This document shows positions 1 to 10,560 of a DNA stretch of 64,000 bases, piece after piece. A program made the position numbers and the translations under genes. Every line of letters starts with the position of its first letter. The first letter of the stretch is position 1. Source of the DNA: Macrostomum lignano (taxonomy: Eukaryota); assembly GCA_002269645.1 (NCBI GenBank), contig NIVC01001196.1, forward strand, positions 91,898 through 155,897. Reading direction: 5' to 3'. The notes under the pieces are model-generated. The model made no database searches, had not been told where the DNA came from, and saw only the letters and a list, made by a program, of their open reading frames with translations.

Positions 1-5
1 ATCAA

Positions 6-2349
6 ATGCCTGCATTTAACAAAGCCGATCGAATCTGTTCGTGGAATGCTTTCCAAGTTGCTGCTTTAGCTCTTCCCTTCTTAGTTGGCTGGCTTGTGCA
101 AGTTTCGGATTCGAATGTTTTGTTCTTGACCATATTTGAACGTGCAGTTGAATTCTATATCTGTGTTAATAGTGACTTCACTGTTGAAGCCTATCGACAG
201 AACAGTGTTGTCAAGGTAACTGACCTCCTAGGATTTCAATGGAAACTAGAACGCTTTAGTCAACTTGAAGCTATTGTCAATAGGGTCAAACAGGCCCCAT
301 TGACAATTAGTGATGAGATCAAGTCTAGTGTGGCAACCATTCGAAAGTTACCATGTAGCTCCAAGCAACTGTTTCTTCTTCGTCAACTGGAATTGTCCTT
401 ATCATCAAATGGGCACTATTATAATTCATCAGACATTTTAACAGCCATGAAGATCTTCCTATCTGGCACTAATGCTTATCGGTCAGCAAGGCACCTTATG
501 ACTCTACCGCATGCTACAACTCTAAAGCGTCATCTTGGTGGTCTTGGTAATGTTGGAACAGACTTAGATTGTAAGACCATTGTGAGCACACATTTTGGCC
601 AACTGACTCCGTCACAGAAGTTGTGTACTGTTATTTTTGATGAAGTATACGTTTTACCATCAGCTCGTTTCCGAGGTGGACATACAGTTGGCTATGCTGA
701 GGATGTACCAACACAATTGGCTCGTACTATCCTAGCCTTAATGATAAAACCATTCATGGGAGCCCAATCATTTGTGGCTAGGCTGATTCCTGTTTATAGT
801 TTAAAACCCAACTTCTTGTTCCAACAAATTGTAAAACTAATTAGGGTTATTCATCAATGCAATGGGCAGGTTGTAAGTCTTATTTGTGACAATCATTTCA
901 TCAACCGTATCTGCTACCAGAAGTTTCAGTTTGACAACATGGATGCACCCTGGAAGGCAATTAACCCAGTAGATCAAAGCCTACCTTTGTTTCTATTATA
1001 TGACACAGTTCATCTATTGAAAAACATTCGCAATAATTGGTATACTCAAGGCTCAAAGATTATTGACTTTCAACTTTTACCAGAAGGGCCTATTTGTCAA
1101 GCTAATTGGAATGATATTATAGATATTGAGCAGAAATCACAGCTTCATGTTGTTCGACCTACAACACTTAGTCCACAATCATGCCATCCATCTCCATTGG
1201 AACGTCAGAAGGTATCTTTAGTTCTTCAAGTTTTTAATGAAAAGACAATTGCTGCTCTTCAACTTCATGGGTTTTATGGTACAGCCACTTTTATAGATTT
1301 TATCCTTAAGTTTTGGAAAGTGGTTAATGTAAAATCAACAACATCTCATATGCAGCTGCATGATGATACACGTAGTCCAATTTTCTCTGAAGAGTCAAGC
1401 AATCTTAAGTTACTAAGTATGTTTGCCGAAGTATTAGAACGGATGCCTGGAGGTCGAGGACCTGGACGTTTACAATCGCTTACTTCGGAAACTCGCAAGG
1501 CTGCTATACAGACATCAAAAGGGCTGGTTGAACTGAGCAGATATTTACTAAAAGACTGTAAATTTTCCTATGTGTTATTAGGTAAGAATAAGTGTATACC
1601 AGTAAGTAGTGAAAGTTGATTTAGATAAAAGTACCTTTTCAAAGTAAGTGAGTCATTTAATTTTTATTTATACACATTCTCTAGGTGAGCTTCAATCAGA
1701 CAGACTTGAAGGAGAATTTTCTATTTACAGACAAGGACATGGGGGCTGCTATTATATATCAGTTGAGCAGATAATGCTCTCAGCCCGCCTACGAAGAATG
1801 CAACTGTATGCAGACCTGCAAATTGATGCACCATCTATGAACTGCCAAGCACAAGACAGCTGTTGTACTGGCACAATGTCATTTGAAGAGATTGAGTTAA
1901 TTGATAATTTGCCAGGCCAAATTGAAGAGGTATCACTGGATGAAAGAGTAACTCTGTATTATATCTGCGGCTATATTTCAATGAAGGAGTCATTAGAAGT
2001 GCCTGAAGTATTTCCTGCTCAAACTGTACAGGCACCAGATAGTGAGTTTACTAACCTTTTATCTAGAGGAAAATTGCAACATCCTCCTGAATGGCTAATT
2101 GTCTATGCATCAATGTGCTACTCACTCTTTGGTATGATGTCACTGAAGTGTGCCAGACATACAATTCGCCTTTTTCTATATACTTTTGAGTCACTTGTTG
2201 ACTTTGATATTCAAAAGGATCAACTATCATCTATTGCTCGCCGGCTTGCAAATACTTTTTTCAAAGGCCTAGTGCGTAAGTCATCAGAGATACCTCGGCA
2301 TACTTTCAATGCCAATGGACGTAGACTACGTAAACTACAACATGAATGA
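6..2349 (+). CDS. P-element/THAP9-like DDE transposase, two exons visible (<=6-1581 and 1685-2349); N-terminus/THAP domain probably lies left of the window
   Basis: Motifs typical of P-superfamily transposases: AYRSARHLMTLPHATTLKRHL, VIFDEV, LICDN, YDTVHLLKNIRNNW, QSDRLEGEFSIYRQGHGG, LYYICGY. A GT-AG intron at 1582-1684 (tta g|gtaag ... ttctctag|gtgag) joins the two ORFs in frame as YVLLG-ELQSDRLE. Confidence 0.9.
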
Positions 2350-2524
2350 TTTGCTACATTCTTTATTATCACACTCTGGCTAGTTGACCAATTGCTGGCA
2401 TACTCAGATGTATTTCTTGAAGCCCATGAATTTTTTATATACTTTGGGGATAGCTATAATTTATTGCAAGCTTTTGTATCAATTTAAGTTTGCTTAAGTT
2501 AGTTGAGTCTATTAAAAAGTTTGA

Positions 2525-2750
2525 ACAGTTTTGTTCATATTTTTGGAGGCATCTATTTAATTACTTACAGGATAACATTCTACTGTTTGTTAGAAAGTTG
2601 TTGACAGTTTTGTCAAATGTACAGTTTTGTTCATATTTTTGTAGGCATCTATTTAATTACTTACAGGCTAACATTCTACTGTTTGTTAGAAAATTGTTGA
2701 CAGTTTTGTCAAATGTACAGTTTTGTTTATAATTTTGTAGGCATCTATTA
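2525..2750. repeat. 96-bp tandem repeat, about 2.3 copies
   Basis: acagttttgt(tc/tt)at recurs at 2525, 2621 and 2717. Confidence 0.9.
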
Positions 2751-4541
2751 CCCTTTACATGCAAAAATTGTTTTTAAAAGTCATTAATAAGTCTGTTGAT
2801 TATTTTTTTGTATTCTAGTTACCTGATTGTTGATTTTATAGCTAAGTGAAGTTAAATGCTTCAAAATTGGTTGAGCTATGCTGTTTAAGTAAATCATTTA
2901 CCAATACCACTTTAGAACAAGACACTCATTTTTGTTATACTGAATAGAATTATAGAATTAGATTAGATTTGATTTGGATTAGATTAATTATATCATTTCA
3001 CTAAGCTGAAGTTATATGTTCAAAACTGAAGTCAAGGGTAAAGGAGTACTATTTTTTACCATACATTAGAATGACAAATAGGAAAAAAACATCTTAGTCT
3101 AAAGACAAATATAGTTTTACACAGTGTTATAGACAATGTGTAAACAATGTGTAAGATTTATTTGTTTGTTTAACTAGCATTCCTAGCAACATGGCTTATA
3201 GTTTGTTATAGTTTTTTGTTGTCAATACAGCAATATATTAGAGTATATAAATTCACAATTGAATATACTTTGAAGTCTAAATGTGTATAATTCTCTTTCC
3301 TTATTTATTAGGCCTAAGACAATTCTGTATAGCCGGATGTATACCATTTATAGACTTATCTAAAGCTATTGTTCTAACTATCTTTATACAAGATTGTAAA
3401 CCTTATCTTGTTTTTCATCAGTGCAATAAGTAGGTTGTTAGTCTTGTCATTGACAATTATTTTATGAACCATATTGTTTACAAATGTTGCAGATTGACGG
3501 TTGAGATGTTTGTTTAGTTTAACTACAGTTTCTTATTATCATTACCTTTATATCCATATTCAATGTACTTTAATTTGTTAGTTTGTCAGTTTCATGTTAG
3601 TTAAACCAGCTGTGATTTGATGGTTTAAGCTTTGTTTCATACATATTAGGTTATAGAGAAAATGTATTCATTTACTCAAAACAAGGCTTGTTTTGTTGTT
3701 CATTGCAAAGCAGGTATTTATTAATCCCAAATTGGTTTCATTTCAGGTGTGCCAAATCATCCAATCTAGATGTTCATCCATCAATGTCTGCTGAGCTAAC
3801 ATGGTGAAGTACTGTGATTCATTATGCTTTGTGATTTTAAGAGATTTTTTAGACAGAATGACTTGATTGGTATGAAAGTTTAAGTTTAAAATACATTGGC
3901 TTATTGTTGCTTTTTGACTTTGTTTTCTTATTTCGCATGTATTCTTTATGAAATTAGAGGTTTTTATATCGAAATTGAACTTAAATACAAATAAAGTTGT
4001 GCTACTGTACAAGTTTTATTTGACTCCTACTGTTCATTTGAACAGCAAAAGAAAGATTATGAATGTTGGAGTTCTTGTTGGGCAGGTGTGCCAAGATTTC
4101 AAAAATACTGCGCCTTTCTGATTTTTATAATACTGGTTTTTGATAGTGAAGTGACGCCTTTGCAGCCCACTGAACTCTGTACAGATTATCCGCTTTATAA
4201 AGCTTCCAACTACAGAGTATGTTGTATGGTCTGCTACTTTATCGAGACTAGGAGGCAATAATTGAAGTAACTGAAACTTTATTCATTTTGTATGCAATGA
4301 AATATTGTGTATTGCCGTTACTTTACTGTACGCCCGCCGCTCCTACATGTAGATATAGCGCTAAAGTTTGTTATATGTTTAAGAGAACAAAATTTCGAGC
4401 AACCTGGCGAAAAAATTATCTTTCAAAGTGCAACCAGTCCGGAGTTATGAGCATTTAAAGTTAAGCTGCAATGCAAACAAGCGGGCCTTCAAATAATTTT
4501 GCAATATTTACGAGTGTTGCGTCCTGATACAACGGTAACTT

Positions 4542-4880
4542 CTAGTGGTCCTTGGTACCGACAAGCAGGAAGGTTTCGTTGTGAACCGGAAGTAACAGGT
4601 GAGGGCCAACCCCGAGGAGGTGAGCCGGAGTCAGCGGTGACGGATCGGCCGGGTCGTTGGAGACGGTGGTCAGCGGCCGGCAGTTAAGAATGGCCTCGAT
4701 CTTGACGAGGAGAGTGTGTAGTTCCTTATCGGAGATGCGCTTGCGCCAGAGGGCAGGACGAACACTGGACTTTGTGAGGGCGACGAGGCGCTCGACCGCC
4801 CCTTGGTGCCAGGGGGCTCGGACTGGCGCGAACTTGAACATCAGGGGTCGCGTGGCGGCGAGTGGTCGGAGGTTGTTGTG
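4542..4880 (-). mobile_element. BEL/Pao LTR retrotransposon integrase fragment
   Basis: FKFAPVRAPWHQGAVERLVALTK...ELHTLLVKIEAILNCRPLT...DP...PLTPAHLL is the characteristic C-terminal half of the BEL/Pao integrase core. No other BEL domains or LTRs seen. Confidence 0.85.
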
Positions 4881-4929
4881 GAGCTTTTTCTAGAAGTCGA
4901 TGGCGATGTGGTTCTCTACGAACTTTCCT

Positions 4930-5230
4930 GCGGCTTGGAAGGCTGGGCAAGTTTGCTGAGAACACTGAGGAGAACTGATCACTGCAGATTGTCGAAAGGA
5001 TCATTTCAATCTGCAGAGGGGACAAGCTGTAAACTGCTGAGGCAGTTTCTCAAGACTTATGGGCGTATAGCTGCAAACTGCTGAATGGATAACTGAGAAC
5101 TGATTGGGGGGGGGGGCAGACTTCTGACGATAATAACTTTTGAAGATTAATTGCAATTTGTTGGAGGAATTACTGCGGACTGCTGAGTGAATTATTTTTG
5201 TTTGCTGAGGGGACAATTCAAGCCCTAATT
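4930..5230. repeat. Fragment of the Helitron-internal CAG-rich sequence, inverted relative to the 10-30 kb array
   Basis: actgcggactgctgagtgaattatt near 5173 is the reverse complement of aataattcactcagcagtccgcagt at about 11545, 18097 and 28650. Confidence 0.8.
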
Positions 5231-5236
5231 TTAATG

Positions 5237-5429
5237 GACCGTGGGTTGAGTTGCAGAGAATAACAAAAACGTGAGGAGGCCTCACTGGCTCACGCCAATA
5301 TATTTAATGCCAAAGTTGGGGTGGGTGTAACCACCCTAAGCACGCACACGCTACAGCGCTAAACCCCAACCCCCCAAACCAGCCAGACGTGCACATCTAA
5401 GTGCACGCGCATCAACAAGCCAGACTACA
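5237..5429 (-). repeat. Gypsy 3' LTR (about 190 bp; terminal TTACA not preserved)
   Basis: Begins TGTAGT right after the PPT on the minus strand and ends in the 17-mer shared with the 5' LTR remnant. Confidence 0.65.
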
Positions 5430-5430
5430 C

Positions 5431-5443
5431 TACTTTCCCCCTA
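5431..5443 (-). promoter_or_regulatory. Polypurine tract of the Gypsy element
   Basis: Minus strand reads TAGGGGGAAAGTA-G-TGTAGT, just after the pol stop codon. Confidence 0.8.
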
Positions 5444-5463
5444 GAAGCAAGACAGTTCCAGAG

Positions 5464-8400
5464 TCAAGCAAAGCCCGCCATGTATAAGTCAGGTGGCCGC
5501 TGCTCTCTCGCCGACCGCCGCGGAACCGTGACCGGCTCGGCCGGTGCCGCCGGCTGCTCCTCGGGTGCCTCGTCTGCCTGCAGCTCGGGCCAGAAGGTCA
5601 CCGCGTCGCCGCCAGGATCGACCGCCAGCCCATGCGGCTCAGCGGCGGTGCCGTCGTTGTTGGAGTCGGCAGCCGGCGGCTGGTGGTCTGCTACGGCCGG
5701 AAGCTCCAGTGACGCCCGCCGCTGCACGAAGCGCTTGAGGCGGTCGTGGTGCACCAACAGCCGGCGCCTGCGGCCGGTCTCGTCCTGGATGCGGTAATTG
5801 ACCTCGCCCAGGCGCCTCAGGACTCGGTACGGCCCCTTCCACATGGCGCTCAAACACCGCGTCTGGCCACGCTTGACGACGGAGTTGCGCAGCATTACGA
5901 GCTGGCCCTCTTCGAACTGTACGAACCGAGAGTCCTGGTTGGCCAGCCGCTTGCGCTCGGCCTGGGCGCTCCGCAGTCGGCCGTGCACCGCGTCGAAAGC
6001 GCTCTGCAGGTTCTCCTGAGTCCGCCGCAGGAAGCCGTGATGTCCACTGTCGGCTGCCGGCCGGTCGCCGCTTATCAGCCAGCTGTCAAGATCCAGCCTC
6101 GGTGACCAGCCGTGGAGGACCTGGTACGGACTGAGGCCGGTGGTGCTGTGCACGGAGGTGTTGTAGGCCCAGGTCACATACGGCAGCTTGCTGTCCCAAT
6201 CCTGCTGGTTCTCGGCCAAAGTCGTCGCCAGCATATCGCCGAGCGTCCGGTTGCCTCGCTCGACGATTCCGCTGCCGCTCGGATGAAACGGCGACGTGCG
6301 CGTCTTTTCGACGCCCAGCTTCTCGCAGAGCCGGCCGAACACCTCGCTCTCGAATTGCCGTCCCTGGTCACTGTGCAGCACCTGAGGAGCGCCGTGACGA
6401 TGAACCACCGACTTGAGCAGTGCATCCGCCACCGTAACCGCGTCGATCGCCGCCAGGGCTGCCGTCTCCATCCACTTGGGAAAGGCGTCGCACATGTTTA
6501 GGATGTACGCCTTGCCATCAGTCGTACGCGGAAGCGGCCCTTTGATGTCAATCTGCACCAGCTGCCATGGAGCCGTCGGCTGGCACGTCGACTGTAGCGG
6601 CGCTTTCTGCGGCTTGGTTGGACTCTTCTTGGCCAGGCAGACCGCACAGCTGGCCACCCAGTTCTCGACGTCCCGTCGCAGACCAGGCCACCAGCAGCGC
6701 TCAGACAATCTCGCTCCGGTCCTGTCGACGCCGAGGTGTCCGCTCTGGTCCCACGAGTGCGCCTGCTGCAGGAAATGTGGCCGCAGGTGACCGGGAATGA
6801 CTGGCCGGCCACCGACCAGCAGGACTCCCGCCGAGCTCACCGAGGCCTCGTCCAGCAGCTCGCGAACCTGCGCCGCCCATGAATCGGACAGGCTGTCAAT
6901 CCCTTCGGTCAGCGCCTGGAACGTTTTGCTCAGCAGCGGGTCTTGCAGTTGCTCCTCTTGCAGGCGGCTGTCGTCCCACCGAGGCTGCAGGCGCGTGCCG
7001 GCCACCCGGCTCAGCGCATCCGGCACGACGTTGTCCCTGCCAGGCCGGTACAGCAGCTCGAACGAAAACTGCTGCAGCGTCGAAAGCCATCGCACCAGCC
7101 GACCTTCGGGGTCCTTCGTTGCCAGCAGACCTTGCAGTGGCCGGTGGTCCGAGTAGACTCTGAAGCTCGGGACACTCAGCAGGTATGTCCTGAAATGCTT
7201 CAGACTCCAGACCAGCGCCAGCAGCTCGCGGTCGGTCGCTGAGTAGTTGCGCTCGGCCTTGTTGAGGGTGCGAGAGGCGAACGTCACAGGCAGCTCGGCA
7301 TCACTGTGCAGTTGGCTGAGCACCGCGCCGACGGCGAACTGACTGCTGTCGCAGCTGAGCACGAACTGCTTGGTGAAATCCGGCAGCCTCAGCACCGGAG
7401 CCGTGGTCAGCCGGTCCTTCAACTCGCGGAACGCTCGCTCGCAGTCGCTGCTCCACGCGAAGTCCCTCGATTTCACGCTGACGTCGTGCAGGACCCTCGC
7501 CGTCTGGCTGAAGCCTGGGATGAACCGGCGGTAGAAACCCAGCATTCCAAGAAACCGCTTCACCTCCTCGGTCATCGTTGGGCTGGGCATGCTGCGAATG
7601 GCCTCGACCTTGCCGGGATCCGGTGCGATGCCCTGCTCGCTGATCAGGTGTCCCAGGTACAGCACCCGGCGATGGCCGAACGCGCTCTTGGCCTTGTGCA
7701 GCTTGAGTTCCGCGTCTCGCAACCGCTTAAAAACTTCCGCCAGCCTCTCCAAGTGCTCGTCAAACGTCCTGCTGAAGACAATGATGTCGTCGATATAAGT
7801 CAGCACGGACTCCCAAGACAGGCCGGACATCACCAGCTCCATGAGCCGCTGGAACGTCGCCGGGGCATTGCACATCCCGAAGCCCATCTTGCAGAATTGC
7901 ATCAGGCCGCGCGTCGAATAGAAAGCCGTCTTGTACCGGTCCTCCTCCGCCACCTCCACCTGGTGGTAGCCCTGCCGGCAGTCGATGGTGGAGAACCAGG
8001 AGCATCCAACAAGCGCATCCATGGCCTGCTGCAGGTGCGGCAGCGGGTACGCATCCTTGACCGTGCAGGCGTTAAACTGCCGCCAGTCCGTGCACAGTCT
8101 GATGTCGCCGTTCTTCTTGCGGACCACCAGCAGGTTGCTGGCACAGGGCGATGTCGACGGTTCGATGATGCCGCTTTCCAGCATCTGACCGATCTTCTTG
8201 TCCACCTTGTCTCGCACAGACAGCGGCAGCCGGCGCTGGACCTGCCGGTGTGGCCGCGCTCATGGCTCCAGCTCGATTTGGTGCTGCAGCAACGCCGTCG
8301 TGCCCAGGTCGTACTCGTGCCTGGCGAACAGGTCCTCGTTGCTCTCCAACAGCTGTCGCAGCCTTGCAGCATCCGGTTCGGGCAGCTCCGCGTTGATGTT

Positions 8401-9179
8401 CCAACCGACGGGGTTCTCCTGGGCCGCCTCCTGGCGACCGTCCCCGTCTGTCATCGCGCCTTCGAACGTGCCGACCGCCTTGTTGGCGTACAGCAGCACG
8501 GGCTCCTCTGCCAGGTTGCACATTTTCACCGGGATGCGGCAGCCGTCCGAGACCACCAGCACGCGGGCCGGCAGGACGGCAGTGGACTTCACGAAGTCCT
8601 CAGACGGCTCAAAGACTCCCTGCTCGCCGCTGGAATCCACCTTGAGCCACACCAGCTTCTCGCTGCGGGCGGGCAGCTCCGTAGTTGCCGCCACACGCGC
8701 ACCAGGACACTCGGTACCAGGCGACAGTCTGCTCGAGCCGGTTCGCTGCTGAAAGGCACAGCTGTGCCGTCGAACCTGACGACGCCTTCTTTAATGTCAA
8801 TGGTCATCGCCTGCGACACCTCGCCGATGAAGTCCATGCCGATGATCAGGCTGGGCTGGATGCCGTCCACGACTGTGAAGCAATGACGCACGCGGATGGT
8901 CTGGCCGATCGAAAAATCCGCTGCTGACAGGCCAAGGCAGCGCAGCCGAGATCCGTCGACAGCCGTCGGCCGCGCACCGATGTCGGTGGAGTCGATCTTG
9001 CACGGCAATCTGTCGAATAGTGACTTGTCCATCAACGAAACTTGCGCGCCGGTGTCGAGCAGAGCAGGCGCTGACACGCTGCCAAAGTGCACCTTCACGA
9101 AGACTGAAGGCGCTGATCTGAGGGCCCCTTTTGAGCGAGTCGGTGCTGGCCCCAGGCTGCCGACCCTCAGAAGTTTCCC
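5464..9179 (-). pseudogene. Gypsy pol (PR, RT, RNase H, integrase), interrupted by one frameshift (about 8695) and one in-frame TGA (8260-8262)
   Basis: LLDTGA protease; YIDD RT; DSS...VGAVL/TDRELLAL/DHRPL RNase H; H-x5-H...C-x2-C zinc motif, QIDIKGP, DQGRQFES and VERGNRTL in integrase; GPY C-terminal module. Confidence 0.93.
9137..9179 (-). promoter_or_regulatory. -1 ribosomal frameshift signal (G GGA AAC heptamer, 6-nt spacer, stem-loop)
   Basis: Heptamer at 9173-9179 is in the gag zero frame. The -1 frame gives GKLLRVGSLGP leading into the protease. Stem GGGTCGG (9166-9160) pairs with CCGACTC (9143-9137). Confidence 0.85.
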
Positions 9180-9961
9180 TGCGGCTGACCAGTTGGTGTC
9201 GGGCACACCGCGGCGGAGTGACCCTTGCCTGAGCACCGGCTGCAGCGGCTGCCGATCGCCTTTGGGCACCGCCTAGCGATGTTCCCCGGCTCAACGCAGC
9301 TGAAGCACTTAATGGGTCCCTTTTGACGCCTGTCTCTTCCGGGTGGTCCCGTTCGCACGCTGGCTGTCAGCTGCTGCATCTGCTGCTCCAGCTGGATCAG
9401 CCGTCTGTCTTTTACCGACACCGCGGCTGATGAGGCTGTAGTTGCGTGGCTCACCAGCTCAAGCTGCGCAGCTCTGTCGACGATGGCGGCCAGCGAACAC
9501 GAGTCCGCGTCCTGGTCCTTCAACAGCGCATCTCTTACGGCAGATGGCAGGAGGCGCATCAGGCGAAACTTCACGTCCTTTTCCCGCGCCGCCACGGAGT
9601 TGTCCAGGCGGGCCCGAAGGTGGAGAAGCTTCAGACTGTAGGCGAGCTCCCTCAGCGACTCGTTGGGCTGTCGCTTTCGCTCTTCAAACTTCTCCATTGC
9701 TCTGTAGCAGCTCAGACTGTTGCTGAAGCACTCGATCAGCTTCTCCTTCAGCCTTTCATAGCTGGCTGACACGTCTGCCGGCTGCTCCCAGACGAAGATT
9801 TGCGCTTTTCCTGTCACTAGCAGTCTCAGCTTCTTTGCCTTCTTCTTGTCGTCCCATTCACAGTCGTCGGCGAAGTCTTCAAACGTGCTTAGCCACATTC
9901 TCACGTTGGAGTCGCCGCTGAACTTTGGAGGCAATAAACTGGCTTGCTCTGATTTGGCCAT
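9167..9961 (-). CDS. gag: Gypsy gag (about 264 aa) with two zinc knuckles
   Basis: ATG 7 nt after the PBS; PPKFSGDS...WLSTFE...W capsid-like start; knuckles CFSCVEPGNIARRC (His replaced by Asn) and CSRCSGKGHSAAVC. Confidence 0.88.
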   Translation of the reverse strand: MAKSEQASLLPPKFSGDSNVRMWLSTFEDFADDCEWDDKKKAKKLRLLVTGKAQIFVWEQPADVSASYERLKEKLIECFSNSLSCYRAMEKFEERKRQPNESLRELAYSLKLLHLRARLDNSVAAREKDVKFRLMRLLPSAVRDALLKDQDADSCSLAAIVDRAAQLELVSHATTASSAAVSVKDRRLIQLEQQMQQLTASVRTGPPGRDRRQKGPIKCFSCVEPGNIARRCPKAIGSRCSRCSGKGHSAAVCPTPTGQPQGNF

Positions 9962-9967
9962 ACTGAG

Positions 9968-9980
9968 ACCGCTGCCACCA
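9968..9980 (-). promoter_or_regulatory. Primer-binding site complementary to the tRNA-Leu 3' end
   Basis: TGGTGGCAGCGGT follows ...TCTTACA-C and complements the ...ACCGCTGCCACCA 3' end of eukaryotic tRNA-Leu(AAG/UAG), recalled from known tRNA sequences. Confidence 0.8.
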
Positions 9981-10204
9981 GTGTAAGACCGTGGGTTGAG
10001 TTGTCTATAAGCAGTTTTGCACAGTCGCTGAGCAAATCTCACTAATCTCCGAGCAGTTCTGCAGTAGCAAATCTCTAAGCAGTTGTACACCAATTTTACT
10101 AAGACTAAAAAGTTCTAAAAAGTTACATTTCTTTATGTTTGAAATTTGCAATTTCAATTCATTTATAGTTCTTTTAAGGATTATTCCTTATTTTCAAATT
10201 CTCA

Positions 10205-10560
10205 CCAGATTAGCACTATTCTCCCATATTAGCAGCACACCCCCATATTAGCCGCACACCTCCATATTAGCTGCACACCCCCATATTAGCCGCACACTCC
10301 CAGATTAGCCCCACTTCCCCCAGATTAGCCGCACACTCCCAGATTAGCCCCACTTCCCCCAGATTAGCACTCAGCCCAAATTAGCACTCAGCCCAGATTA
10401 GCACTCAGCCCAGATTAGCACTCAGCACAAATTAGCCCTCAGCCCAGATTAGCCCTCAGCCCAGATTAGCACTCAGCCCAGATTAGCCCTCAGCCCAGAT
10501 TAGCCCTCAGCCCAGATTAGCACTCAGCCCAGATTAGCACCGCTCGACAGATTACCGCCG
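10205..10560. repeat. 17-19-bp minisatellite (cagcccagattagcact / cccccatattagccgcaca)
   Basis: Direct tandem repeats visible; the motif is present in only 2-4 copies in units B-D. Confidence 0.92.

Larger units (their letters stand above)
5237..10003 (-). mobile_element. Ty3/Gypsy LTR retrotransposon, defective copy with truncated LTRs
   Basis: Domain order gag-PR-RT-RNaseH-IN. PBS at 9968-9980 and PPT at about 5431-5443. A 17-bp LTR-end match (gaccgtgggttgagttg) occurs at 5237 and 9987. Confidence 0.95.

Noticed and set aside
7306-8886. 526-aa plus-strand ORF and the many overlapping ORFs in 5.4-9.8 kb
   Set aside because: Antisense or alternative-frame shadows of the GC-rich Gypsy pol; no domain motifs.
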